A stretch of DNA of 64,000 nucleotides, from contig AP026137.1 of assembly GCA_030295235.1 (NCBI GenBank), positions 1,054,001 to 1,118,000 on the forward strand, read 5' to 3'. The stretch comes from Fistulifera solaris (taxonomy: Eukaryota). Positions 25,818-37,867 of the stretch are shown here, piece by piece (within the stretch, counting starts at the first letter, position 1; each line of letters begins with the position of its first letter). The notes beneath the pieces are model-generated. The model ran no database searches and was not told the DNA's origin. It was given only the letters and a program-made list of their open reading frames with translations. Both the position numbers and the translations under genes were made by a program.

Positions 25818-26791
25818 CTACTCGTGATGCCCATGATGATAGTCTTTATGATGCCCGTGGTGATAATGCTTATGCTTGTGGCTGTGTTCGTACTCATCTT
25901 CGTGGCCATGCGCGTAATGATGCTTGTTGCTGTGACTCTCATGTCCATAACTGTCGGTATCCTCGACGTATTTCTTGTGACCTTGCGTCTTCTTTCCTTT
26001 GCCGTGGTGCTTGTACCGATAAGCGTGCTCAGTTTCCTCATCAGCGCTGTATTCGTACTTGTCGCTGCGCTTACTTTCATCATGATGCTTGTATTCATCG
26101 TGGTGCTTATCCTTTTGGCGTGCTTGTTTTTATTGTAATGTTCGTACTTTTCGCTGTGCTTGTCCTCCTCATGGCGCTGTTTCTTGGGGGCTTTCTTGTG
26201 CTCATTGTCGTATTTATAGCTATCATGGTATTCGTACTTTTCACTGCGCTTGTCCTCCTCATGGCGCTGTTTCTTGGGGGCTTTCTTGTGCTCATTGTCA
26301 AATTTATAGCTATCATGGTAATCGGACTTGTCGCTGTGATCGTCGTCGTGGTGGCGCTTTTTCTGAGGGGTGTGCTTTTTCTCATCGTGGTATTCGTACT
26401 TTTCGCTGTGGCGGTCCTCTTCATGGTGCTTTCCCTTTCGAGTGTGCTTCTTTTCCCTGGGATAGTTGTCCTTATCATGGTGTTTCTTCTTTTCATCGTC
26501 GCGATGCTTCTTCTGAGGACGGTGCTCGTTTTCGCGGTCTTTCTCTTCTTCGCGCTTGTTCTTCTGTTTTGGAGTATCCTTATCTTCTTCATAGTCTTCG
26601 TGGTGTCGATTATGGCGATTGTGCCTGTTATGGCGATCATGGTGACGATGGCGGAGATTGCGCTCTTCTAAATCGCTCAACGGTTGTTCTGGAACAAGCG
26701 AAGAGCTGGCTGCCCATGTAGTAGCCGACCGATAGTTTCCCATCCCGGCCATTGCAGCGACGAAGAACATCAAGGAGAGAAGAGGATTCAT
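25818..26791 (-). CDS. Secreted His/Lys/Glu/Asp/Tyr-rich low-complexity protein with an RXL motif
   Basis: Signal peptide, then EERNLRHRHH, then a 30-aa internal repeat. Restoring one A near 26113 gives a His-rich tail ending KDYHHGHHE* (stop at 25818-25820). Confidence 0.8.
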
Positions 26792-27667
26792 GGTGATGGT
26801 TGCAATTCTCTGAATTCAGTGAAACATAAGGTGTGAGGTCGAAATCATGCCATGTTGAAACTCCAGAGGCCGCATCTTTTGTCCATCGCACTTGCCTGAA
26901 TGTCCGTCACTTGTTTTTATTCTACTGACTATCGAAGCGAGTGAAATATCAATGCTTCGAACGGCAGATTAAATGAATTTGTAAGAACTAAGAGAACAGA
27001 CCCTTTTCTTGAACAACTACATCCGAAGGGAAAGCGAAACGAAGAGAGACATGAGAATCAGTTCACGAGATGATTCATGCGAAACATTATTATCCCTAGC
27101 TCATGTAGGAAGATCGGGTTTTGTGGTTTGGAACTAAGGGCCCACAACACCATCCGCGACCTCCGGCACCTTAGCTTGGAGATTGGGGGCCATTTTTTCC
27201 GCGCCGGCAAAACGCCGGCAAGGTCTGTCATTGGATGACACGACTGAGAACGTGCGGAGTGTCTTACGTACTTTTGGTAGCACACTACAAATCGTGTTCA
27301 TGTCTTCGATCGAATGTTCTTCTCTCAAAAGAGACGCGACATTGTGATTCTGCAAGTAGTCGACGTTCTCGTCATTTTTGTGAGATGCATGATGGTGTTC
27401 ATTTCTCATGTTCTTGTGATTCTTAATGTTGCAAGTACACCACAATCCATCTAAAGCAACATTATGCCTTTTGATCATGCTTAAAGCAAAACGATCGACT
27501 CAAGCATCGACTTTCTAACAGTGAAGGAAATCGAATTCCTTGTTCGTTCACTTTGCACCTTGCTTTGCACACCTCATTCCTCCGCTCGAACGTTTCAAGA
27601 GAACCAAACGATAGAATCGAATCTGCATTTTATTCACCTGCGAATCTTGGAAGCCACGCTGTAGATC

Positions 27668-28552
27668 ATGTCGCCGTCACAGCAGCGAATGACGTTCGGA
27701 GCCATTTGGAAAGATGTGATTTCGAATTACGCATACCTCATCACTCCGGCAACAATTCTGATCTTATTTGTGCATCTTGTACGAGTTCTTCTTTTAGCGA
27801 CAAGTCAAATGTACCACGCCAGCTACAATGCTGAGCAAGGTGGAAATCAAGACACTTCCTGGTCGCCTATTTATCATTATCATGATGACGAAAGCAACGA
27901 CTCGCGATGGTTCCGCGCTGAACCGCAAACATATTCACGATCGACGCTGTACTGGACGGTTTTAACCGGCTTGGCCTTTGCTATGGAATTAGTGTCGCGC
28001 TTTCATATGCACGCCTTCCTCGCACGCGGTTGTGCGGACATTTACAATGGCAAACAAACGGACTGGATCGAGATCTGCAGAACCGTTCATTCGAAATGCG
28101 GTGTCGCTGGCATGATGCTCCTCTTCCTGGTCACAGTCTGTCACAATAAACTGTACGGCGAAACATTCTATCTGCTATTAGCCGCGCTCGGTTCCAGCTT
28201 TCAGAAGGGTCACGGCGATACGCTCAACGACGAGTTGATTTTCTTGCTGTTGGAACTGTGCATGCTCGTCTATTTCATCGGTCCCATGCTTCTCGTTCTA
28301 CCCGTCTACATGAACGAGAACGACGATTCCATGACGTGTTGGAAGGCCACGCGACGTGCTTGGCAACTGGCGTCGGGATACCGTTGCTATTTGTACACCT
28401 ACGCCACTATCATCATGTCCATTTCGGAGATTGCGATCAATTCCATCAACTACGTCGCGGTCTTGTGGCTGTTTGGAAAGTCCACAATCATTGCGAACCT
28501 GTTGCACGGGCAACTTCAGCATATTGTGCTGCCCCCACTAACCTGCATGTAA
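27668..28552 (+). CDS. Multi-pass membrane hypothetical protein (may continue after the GTAAGT donor at ~28549)
   Basis: 294-aa ORF with several hydrophobic helices. Confidence 0.55.
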   Translation: MSPSQQRMTFGAIWKDVISNYAYLITPATILILFVHLVRVLLLATSQMYHASYNAEQGGNQDTSWSPIYHYHDDESNDSRWFRAEPQTYSRSTLYWTVLTGLAFAMELVSRFHMHAFLARGCADIYNGKQTDWIEICRTVHSKCGVAGMMLLFLVTVCHNKLYGETFYLLLAALGSSFQKGHGDTLNDELIFLLLELCMLVYFIGPMLLVLPVYMNENDDSMTCWKATRRAWQLASGYRCYLYTYATIIMSISEIAINSINYVAVLWLFGKSTIIANLLHGQLQHIVLPPLTCM

Positions 28553-29225
28553 GTTTGCTCAGTCTGATCATTGTTTTTGTTTCCTGGTCAAAGTCTTACG
28601 AAATGGTGTACGCAATGATAGCGTGGGATCGGTGTTGCATCATCATATTCGTGAACAGAAAGATAGCGAAGCAGCGGTGGCTAGCAAGCAGAGATCCTCT
28701 TCGACTGTAATACCTGTTCTTCAGGCGACTCCCGTGTACGCAACCACGTTTTGAATGTTCCTCTTTGCAATGCTGCACAGCCGTAATCTACTCTTTTGGT
28801 AACTTTTTGATATCTGACCTACAGACAGAGATTGGCAAGTTGTTTGAATGCGTTCATGGCCCAGTTTTTGTGCTCTAGCTTGTGAGTGTGATCAAAATGT
28901 AGAATAACGCTTTAATTTGTTTGTTTTTAAGCCTCGACGGCTTCTTCTTACTTGAATATTCCGTCCAGCTTCGTGCTTTAATCCATCCTGTTTGGTCGGA
29001 CGAGTCGCCGCGGACGTCTTCGTACCTGGTATGCTAAACGAGAGTCGTCGTTATGGTGCGATGCGCCCTTGGCTGCGAACCAGGTAAAGAGTTGTCATTA
29101 TCGCTCGGTGCGACCTTGGCTGTGAAAGCTGGTTCTGCATTCCGTTTAAATCCGATGGCTATTGCAGAGTCATAAATAAAAATAATAACCAGCTATTTAT
29201 GTATGTAATCGGGACAAACTGATGT

Positions 29226-30596
29226 TTACGCGATCGCTCCACGCAAAGAGGAAGCGACAGCCTTATCGCAAGTCACTCCGATCTGCTGCGCCATTTCCGC
29301 CTGCTCTGCATTCAAACACAAGTTACCCATTCCCTGAATATCGCAGAACTCACAAGCATTGCCATCCGAGTCTGTTGCAGCCTTGCAGCCATCTTTCGTC
29401 GGGTTCTGCAAGAAGGAAAGAGCACACATCGGATCGTAGGGGTCCTCGACAGTTTCTTCTTCCACTGTCATGTTCGACGAGGAGTCGTCGCAAGTAATTC
29501 CAATACTATTAGCGATCTTTGCCTGTTCAAGACTGAAACACCAAGGGGTTCCTTCCAAGTTGCAGAATGCACAAGTGTTTCCATCCGAATCAGTCGAAGT
29601 CCTGCACGCTTTTTCCGTAGGATTCTGAAGGAAAGCTAAACCGCATGCAGGATCGAAAGGGTTCTCAATAGCCTTTCCTTCATCTTTGATACTTGCGATC
29701 GACGAATCACAAGTGACCCCGATCTGCTGCGCCATTTCCGCCTGCTCTGCATTCAAGCACAAGTTACCCATTCCTTGGAGATCACAGAATTCACAGGCAT
29801 TGCCATCCGAGTCTGTTGCGGCCTTGCACCCGTCCTTTGTTGGGTTCTGCAAGAAAGAAAGGGCGCACATCGGATCGTAAGGATCTTGTGCCTTTACCTT
29901 CTGTGAATCACAAGTCACTCCGATTTGCTGCGCCATTTCCGCCTGCTCTGCATTCAAGCACAAGTTACCCATTCCTTGGAGATCACAGAATTCACAGGCA
30001 TTGCCATCCGAGTCTGTTGCGGCCTTGCACCCGTCCTTTGTTGGGTTCTGCAAGAAGGAAAGAGCGCACATCGGATCGTAAGGATCCGCGACGTACAAAG
30101 AGTCTTCATTTTCCGTGTTTTGATTCTCCTCTAGATCGTTCGCTTCGCAATCAAACCAATCACTCTCTTTCGCAGCATCCGCCGAAGGACCCGTCATACA
30201 AACTCCAAAACCTGCTTTTGTCTTACACCAAGTACACTCGGCAGCATTACAAGCGTCGGCAGTCTTCTGCAACAAGCACTTCCAGTAGTTATCAGGGATC
30301 GTATCATCCGAAGGACTGACACCATCATCGGTTTCGGGCGCCGCATCATCGTTACCGTTCGGTCCGTTTCGTTCACATTGTACTCCCGGGACACTCTTTT
30401 CCATCGATTCCGCTTGTCCTTCATCAACACAGAAACCAAATTGCGAGAGAGAACACCAGACGCAATTTGATCCGTCATCATCCTTGTGACTCAAACAATT
30501 CGGTTCGTCGGTAGCGGAGAATGTGCAGGCAAACTGCGCGTTGGCTACTTTGCTTTGCAAAAAGAGCAGAACGAACGATGAGACAATGAACTTCAT
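29226..30596 (-). CDS. Secreted acidic Cys-rich repeat protein
   Basis: Signal peptide; four ~60-aa DPYDPMC...QIGVTCD repeats, three of them near-identical; ends SSLRGAIA. Confidence 0.9.
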   Translation of the reverse strand: MKFIVSSFVLLFLQSKVANAQFACTFSATDEPNCLSHKDDDGSNCVWCSLSQFGFCVDEGQAESMEKSVPGVQCERNGPNGNDDAAPETDDGVSPSDDTIPDNYWKCLLQKTADACNAAECTWCKTKAGFGVCMTGPSADAAKESDWFDCEANDLEENQNTENEDSLYVADPYDPMCALSFLQNPTKDGCKAATDSDGNACEFCDLQGMGNLCLNAEQAEMAQQIGVTCDSQKVKAQDPYDPMCALSFLQNPTKDGCKAATDSDGNACEFCDLQGMGNLCLNAEQAEMAQQIGVTCDSSIASIKDEGKAIENPFDPACGLAFLQNPTEKACRTSTDSDGNTCAFCNLEGTPWCFSLEQAKIANSIGITCDDSSSNMTVEEETVEDPYDPMCALSFLQNPTKDGCKAATDSDGNACEFCDIQGMGNLCLNAEQAEMAQQIGVTCDKAVASSLRGAIA

Positions 30597-30869
30597 GATA
30601 GCTACAACAAGTTTCTAGCAATAGAAAGAGAAATAAGGATTGTGCGAACACCACGAATGAAACAAAATCTTTCCGCTGCGGCAAGTCTTTTCTTTCGCAC
30701 TATTTGCTGTCAACGCAAGAAAGCTGGAGGCATTTTCTTTCCGGTTCCGTTGCGTCGTGATTCGTGATGATTCGTGATATCCACGTATACAATATAAGCG
30801 TACTGTAGTTATCTACTATACTACAGAGAGTCCACTTCTTGTTGCTGGCGTCACCACTCACAATGCGAT

Positions 30870-31355
30870 TATAGATCCAAAGTGTTGTCCGATTTCGCCA
30901 CGACTGCACTGCAGTCACGAACCAATATTCGTTTGAGCGACAATGCTGCCTAAAATTCGTTCGTTCGGCTTAATTTTTGAGCTTATCTTGTCGGCGTTGC
31001 AATGAGATAGGCCCTAGCAGCATTCTCATTACACGTCTTTGTAAATTACGTCGAAGAGCCTTTGCCAAACGTTTTTCCGTATTTACTATAGACCCAAAGT
31101 GTTTTCCGTATTTCGCCACGACTGCACCCAGTAAAAATAAATAAAAATTGAGCGACAATGCTGCCTACAATTCGTTTGTTCGGCAAATATTTTGAACCCC
31201 TTTTGTAGTCGGTTGCAATGAAATAGTCTTTAGCAGTATTTTCATTACATGTTTTTCTAAATTGCGTCGAAGCGCCTAGCGAAAAGCATTTTTCCGTATT
31301 TACTATAGACCCAAAGTAGTGATAGTTCAAGGAGACCACGACTGCATGTCAGTCA
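30870..31355. repeat. Diverged tandem repeat, 217-bp unit, ~2.2 copies
   Basis: TATAGA(T/C)CCAAAGT at 30870, 31087 and 31304. Shared TTGAGCGACAATGCTGCCTA. Confidence 0.85.
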
Positions 31356-31424
31356 GGAGTCATGAATTATTTTATTTGTCCGAGCCAGATTTTGACATCA
31401 CCAACATTCAATTACCGGTATTTA

Positions 31425-32667
31425 CAGCTGGTGTCCGATCGTCTCAACTCCATGTAGCCCTCGTAGAAGCCTACCACAACGGAAAAAACATGATTTGAGT
31501 ACCGGTCCAAAAACTCCTCCAAACTCTTTTTATCGCGACAAATTTCGTGTTGTTTTGACGATGCCGATCATACCATTCGATCACTGATAACTCGTTCTAA
31601 ACATCTCACCTCGTGGATCTAAAAACATATACTGTGTAACTTTTAATTTCGCGTCGAACGGTATAACTTGATCCACGAGATCAGATCATGACGGACTTCA
31701 AAAACATCGCAAGAACAAGGCACTCACTTGTTGGTCAAGTTGAATTGGACGATTGTCATGAATACGTTGATCTGTGACGAAATTTTCTTTCCGTTTCTTA
31801 TCAAATACAGCCCATTTTCGGCAATTACGTTCAAGAGGGACTTTAGACGTGCCAATTTTGTCCGATCAATCCTATTCGAAGTCCCTCATTAAATGCCTCA
31901 TGTTGGTCTTCCGGAAGTTTACCGTAATCAAATCAAGGTATTATGACCAAATAAAGAAAGCAAGCGCGCGGTTCATTATAACTTCGGCAAGCTCTTATGA
32001 AGAGAGGACTTGGGGCGATGGCAATCATAAACGACCTCGAAAAGATAGTAAAGAAGTTAAAGACTTCCGCTGTGTCATGAATTTTGACGGGTGTTTCGTC
32101 AGGGCAGTGGTGAATACAAAACGCAAATAATCTTTGATGAGAAAGCAGCTTGAGACATCAAATGAGTGGAGCGATTACCAGCCATCAGATAGAGAATTTG
32201 ACGAGGAACTGGCATAACTAATAATTTTATATACTAATTTGTCAATATTTACATCGTGTTTGCTTACTGGTGATAGAGTTCTGCTTCAGACTGAGTAAAC
32301 TATTAAATATAATTATGAACAATGATGTATTTTAGTCAAACAAACCTATACAAGTGGGAATCGTCAGCCTGCATAACATAGTTAACATGACTCATGACTG
32401 ACTAGTGACTGAGGCGAAAATCTAGGTTAATCTCATTTCAAGGTCAAGAAAACACGAAATCGAACCAGCTAACCGTAGATTATATTCCTACATGTGTAAA
32501 ATTGTCAACAGAAGGAATAAAATGTAATTGAAATTGAGTTCATGATTATTCTTTCTTAGATTCTTTACTTTCAATTGACTCCTACGGAGAAATGGGACGT
32601 AGAAAATGTACTACACGTAGATTTTCGTACGAGGGTAGATGGTGCTGTGACGATCGGACACCAGCTG
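31425..32667. mobile_element. Tc1/mariner-type non-autonomous or decayed element (1243 bp)
   Basis: 19-bp perfect TIR CAGCTGGTGTCCGATCGTC extending imperfectly to ~50 bp, flanked by TA on both sides. No intact transposase is visible. Confidence 0.9.
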
Positions 32668-32728
32668 TACAAGTATGCAAGTTTGATTTCCTTTTGCTCT
32701 CTAAGAGGTACAGCGTACAGTACAGCTA

Positions 32729-32912
32729 CAGCTGGTGTCCGATCGTCTCAGCACAAAGTAGCTCTCGTACAAACATACCACGACGAACAAAAAATGATTT
32801 GAGTACCGGATCAAAAACTCCTCCAAACTCTTTTTATCAGCGACAAGTCTCGTGTTGTTTTGACGCTGCCAATCATAGCATTTAATCATTGATATTTCGT
32901 TGTGAACTTCTA
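32729..32912 (+). mobile_element. Second, truncated left end of the same Tc1/mariner-type element
   Basis: ~185-bp direct similarity to 31425-31605, starting TA|CAGCTGGTGTCCGATCGTCTC. Confidence 0.85.
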
Positions 32913-32920
32913 GTCTCGTG

Positions 32921-33499
32921 CCAATGTCATTCAACTGCGAATATTGATTGTAATTACGAGTAAATAAAGTTGCAACAACGATGATTCTGATTTATTTGTT
33001 AAATTTTTTTTATTTTCACGTCGAAAAGCCGAGGATCGACACCATGATTTTCCACTATAAAACGGAGTGTGGGTTTACGCCAGCCAAGACTGGATTGTAC
33101 AGTAGTCATGAACCGAACAACAAAAGGTTCCGTTTTGCGTCTCTCGCGTCCGTCCAATGTCATTCAACTGCAAGTATTGATTCTAATTACGAGTAAATAA
33201 AGTTGCAACAATGATGATTCTGATTTATTTGTTAAAATTTTTTTTATTTTCACGTGGAAAAGCCGAGGATCGACACCATGATTTTCCACTATAAAACGGA
33301 GTGTTAGTTTACGCCAGCCAAGACTGGATTGTACAGTAGTCATGAACCGAACAACAAAAGGTTCCGTTTTGCGTCTCTCGCGTCCGTCCAATGTCATTCA
33401 ACTGCAAGTATTGATTGAAATTACGAGTAAATAAAGTTGCAACAATGATGATTCTGATTTATTTGTTAAATTTTTTTTATTTTCACGTCGAAAAGCCGA
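32921..33499. repeat. Tandem repeat, 233-234-bp unit, ~2.5 copies
   Basis: CCAATGTCATTCAACTGC at 32921, 33154 and 33388; units near-identical. Confidence 0.95.
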
Positions 33500-33671
33500 A
33501 CAAAACTCCACCATGGGCGCGACGGCGACGATAGGGGGGCGACGCGAGGCAAACTTGAGCAAACAAATGCTAATAATGTAAGTCAATAATCTTTATCTAT
33601 TCGCTATCTGTAATACAAGCAATCTACGCAATAAGATGTTGATCAACGAAACAGCAATGAACTAAATGAGG

Positions 33672-34840
33672 TTACAAAACTACTCTTTCTTTTCGATTAT
33701 GAACGTCCTCCTCGCGTTCTTCTTCCTGCCTTGCAAGCACCAAACACGGCGTCGGCGGTGTTACAGGAGCAGAAACCGGCTTAGGGACAGGAGCATTCGC
33801 AAGTGTAGGTGAACTGACTCCCACTGTACATGAATTCCCTTTGCATTTAAGACCGTTGCAACAATCTCGATCGGATTGACATCCCCAAGACAAGGCGTTG
33901 CAATTCGTTAAGGCGCCGTTGGCTAGCCAAATGAAATCGCCGTCGCAAGCATTGCACGTTGCCTCTGTTGTACCACACCAAGATGCATCGCAGCTTTTGA
34001 AAGAACTCGAGCAACAACCTGTAGTCGGAGAAGCGACCGGTGATGACTCGACGGGCGATGAAGCCGGTGATGTGACGGGGGAACCAGCCGGAGACGAAGC
34101 TGGTGATGTGACAGGGGAACCAGCCGGAGAAGTCGCGGGTGACCGCTCGGGCACACAGGAACTGCCACTGCATCTAAGTCCGTCACAGCAATCTGTATCT
34201 TTGTAGCATCCCCAAGTCCTCGGGTTGCAGTTCGACATGGGTCCGTTCCATAGCCAGGTATAATCGATGCCGCATGCCTCACAAGCTGCTTCCGTCTCTC
34301 CGCACCACTTTGCATCGCAATCTTTGAAAGAGCCAGAGCAGCATCCGGGCCCACTAGAGGGAGGGAGAGGCGAAGAAACTGGAGAAGTTGCTGGACTGGT
34401 GGGTGCTGTAGGACGATAGGACCCACGGGGCAATCGTACTCGGTGCACGCACCGTCGGGACCTCGACAGTAGGGTGGTGTACTAGTGCTCGGAAACAGCG
34501 GAAAAATTTGAATCGAATATTTTTGAACCGGTTTTGGTCGAATCGGTTTTGAAACCGTTTAGTCAAATGTCCCGCAACCACCGTAGAAATAGCCAAAAAC
34601 GTCGTCTTTCCACTTTCAATGACGCCGAATAGGGCAAAATGTACTCTTTGGATACCGCTACGATCACTCCGGTACTCGATAAAATGAAACGGTTTCAAGA
34701 AATTCCAACCAATTTCATAATTTTATGGGTAATATTCGGTTTGAAACGGTTTCGCCCCAAACCGTTCCGAGCACTATGGTGTACACTCGCACTGACACGT
34801 TTTCCCGTTGAACTTTCCAAACACCAGTCGCATGACGTCA
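33672..34840 (-). pseudogene. Partial paralogue of the CE4 gene C-terminus (EGF-like plus two Cys-rich modules), disrupted by a MITE and an 8-bp insertion
   Basis: Removing the MITE gives FGKFNGKTCQCECTPPYCRGPDGACTEYDCPVGP, matching FGQFNGETCQCDCTAPYCRGPDGACTEFVNCPVGP of the neighbouring gene. Confidence 0.8.
34483..34776. mobile_element. hAT-type MITE, family 2 (294 bp)
   Basis: 12-bp TIR TAGTGCTCGGAA; 8-bp TSD TGGTGTAC; subterminal AAACCG/CGGTTT motifs. Confidence 0.95.
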
Positions 34841-35426
34841 ACCTGATACAAAACAGTAGTGAAGTTTGCTTTTTCACAGAAGTGTGTAGCCTGTCACTGC
34901 CTTAAATGCAGTCACGACCGTGCGAAAAGATATCATTATTTAAGATCCATCATATTTTGTGTCCTACATTTTTAGCCATCAGGACTTAAAGCGCCATTTA
35001 AAAACCATCTAAGTCTACATCATCCTTCGTAGAAAACGGGGAAGATCCTAATTGAGTATGAAGTAAGTAGTAGATTTATCTCCGTTGTAAGTTGTTAAGT
35101 ACAGTTCTGTGTACTTTGGACGAGATAACTCAGCCAATCCCGATTACAGTTTAGAGTACAGTCGAAATGTAGTCTTGTTTGTTTGTAAAAGTTCTTTTGG
35201 TACTGGAAGACATTTTGATACTTTATAACGGTGAGACATGTGTTTTGTGTTTTGTGTTTTGTTCCACAACAGGAAATCTCAACAGCTTCGCAACAGTTAC
35301 AAAAATACAGTCTTTGAATCATATTCGTTTCATTTCTAATATTCATTTATTGTTTTGATTTATAATATAAGCAGACTCTATCAGCGGATACGATGAAAGA
35401 AAAGGAATGACGGGTGCGGCATTCGA

Positions 35427-36877
35427 TTACTCGGACGTACACGAACTTCCAAGGCATTTGAGTCCTTCACAGCAATCTTCATCAGCCGAACATCCCCACA
35501 ATTTGGCTTTGCAATCATCGTTTAAAGCGCCTTTCGATAGCCATTTCATTCCTCCAGTACAAGCATTACACGCTGCCTCGGTTTTTCCGCACCATGTTGC
35601 ATCGCAATCCTTAAAAGAGCCAGAGCAGCATCCTTTTACACTGGAAGGAGAAGTGACTGGTGATTTATCGACCGGAGAGGTCGCTGGACTGGTGGGTGCT
35701 GTAGGACCCACGGGGCAATTGACGAATTCAGTGCAAGCTCCGTCGGGGCCTCGACAGTAGGGCGCAGTGCAATCGCACTGGCAAGTTTCTCCGTTGAATT
35801 GTCCGAACATGCAGCCCGTATCACGAGGCGCAAAGCATAGCTTTTGTTCAGGGCAGCTTTGCACATATTGCGATGCCGGAACCGGGTTTTGCATCCACTG
35901 CAAAGTTTCATAGGATGTGACAAAGAAGACATCTTCGTAGGTGTCCATGATTTCTTGAATCCAAGACGCAAAGACGTCCCCGTTTGCCACCAGCCACGAT
36001 GCATGGAAGAAGAGTCCAAGAGGCGCTCGATTTCCGTTGTAGCGTTTCAAGAAATTGGGATGAATCAAATCGGTGATGACGGCGATTCCGCCTTTGGGAT
36101 TGGGATAGTCCATGGGGATCTCGGCTTGATTGTTCGCGTCGTACAGAGACCACATAGGTATCTCCCAAAGACCAGGAGCAGGGGATATTTGAACGCTTGG
36201 TTTGACGGTCTGAAACTGATCGATGTTTGGTTGTTCGAGAGTGAAAGGCCACGTGTGATTGCGGCCTCTCTGATTTGCCGTATGATCGACCGGAGCTATC
36301 GACGAATCGTAGAGAAAGCCCAGCTGATGCAAGTTTTGGAGCGTGCTATCATCCCAGTTAAGGAATGGAGTCCGGAAGCCTCTCATTTCTTCCGCGGGGA
36401 CACCGCATTCATCCGAGAGCCAATCAACAGCCCCCTGAATCTGTGTCATATTCGGCAAACCGATATGATTGAGAGTATGCGTCGCGATTTCGTGTCCTCC
36501 CTGTCGCAGTCCTTGCACGTACTCGCATTTTGTGTTGGTCCCTTCAATCGAGACGTAGAACGTCGCTTTCAATTTACAGCCCGTATGAGGATCTTTCGTT
36601 TGAGCGATTTTCGAAAAGAGAAAGGAAGCGTACGGAGTTATCGCGTCATCAAACGTAATTGCTAAAAACAAAGGAGTGTCTTCAATTGCAATTACATCGG
36701 AGAATGGAAGGCGAGAAATGGGGAAAGTCACTTGAGCCTGTTATGTTTTATTAAACAGATGCGGAATACAATGAGATACTTTTCTTTGTGAAAGCTACAT
36801 TCAGAATGCGATTGGTGTGTAAATACCTGAGCAAAACATCCTAAGATGATCAATAGCAGTGAAGTCATGAAGCTCAT
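35427..36877 (-). CDS. Secreted CE4 polysaccharide (chitin) deacetylase-like protein with a Pro/Ser/Thr linker and a Cys-rich C-terminal module
   Basis: AITFDDA, HEIATHTLNH, GFRTPFL, LYDSS, NRAPLGLFFH motifs. Signal exon MSFMTSLLLIILGCFAQ; intron 36738-36826. Confidence 0.9.
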
Positions 36878-37867
36878 TGTCTTTGTTGTTGCTGTCATAA
36901 CTTGTGTGTGTGTTTTGTTCTCTTTTTGTTGGCGGGTTTGAATTGTTCGCAAATACTAAAAAATGAGCAGTACCGGTATCTTTGATTGCTAGCTAATGGT
37001 TGCTCGCTGCTTGATTTTAAATCATGGGCGTCTTTAAAGAAACAGCAATCAGGAAACGTTTTGGGTTTTGAATTACATTGGATTGTTGGTCTCAGGAAAA
37101 ATGAACGAATATATAAAGCTAAATGAGATCGTTCAATGTATTAAGGCTCTATACACTCCATCTTGACTTAAGCATGCTCGTATACATAAGATCGTCCGAT
37201 ACCAGTTTCCGTTTGTGTTTTAAGTTGGTTGAGGAGTCTTTATCCTTTGATTGTTTGCGGTTAAGGCGCGATACTTATGCCTACATCACAACGAAACTAT
37301 TCTAAGAGTAAACCACGCTTTCGTTCTCTACCTGTTTTGTGATTCGTACTCGTGAAACACTATAGCATAACTGTAAACTCTGAATTCAAGTCAGTTCATC
37401 GTCTCGCAACGCAAAGTTACCATCAAGGGGATTTTGTTATCTGCGAAATTGTCGGCGACAGAATGAAGGGTCAAGAAAGGCTTCTTCGTCAAATTAGTAA
37501 TGATTTTGAGCCTGTCGACATCTCGTAGGCGATACAGCAGCAAATCTCGTCTGCAGTAACTCTGTGTTGCCCTTATCAAAGCTTCATCGCTTATTGAAAT
37601 GAATATAATACACAAATGGAAATGAATGATGAATATGATGAACATAAATTTGTGTTTGTCTCGTGACTGAAATTTTTTAATTTAGCCGGGAAAAAAGTAA
37701 TCTACATTTTGACCTATAGTGCTTTGTGTGAAGCCCTTTCGAACGGAAAGTCGACGCAATTAACCGATCGGCGATCGGTCACTTGCAAGTGGAAAATGTC
37801 AACAAAAAGGATGTTTACGCTCGTCTCAAGCATGATGACAACCATTTTAAACTCCAACCACGAGAAA

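Noticed and set aside
25763..26721. Very hydrophobic plus-strand ORFs
   Set aside because: Antisense shadows of the His/Lys/Glu-rich gene.
31774..32130. Transposase ORF within the Tc1/mariner-type element
   Set aside because: Short, with no recognisable HTH or DDE/D motif.
34475..34790. MITE acting as an introner on the minus strand
   Set aside because: A GT..AG excision is conceivable but the donor is weak, and a separate 8-bp frameshift lies downstream.
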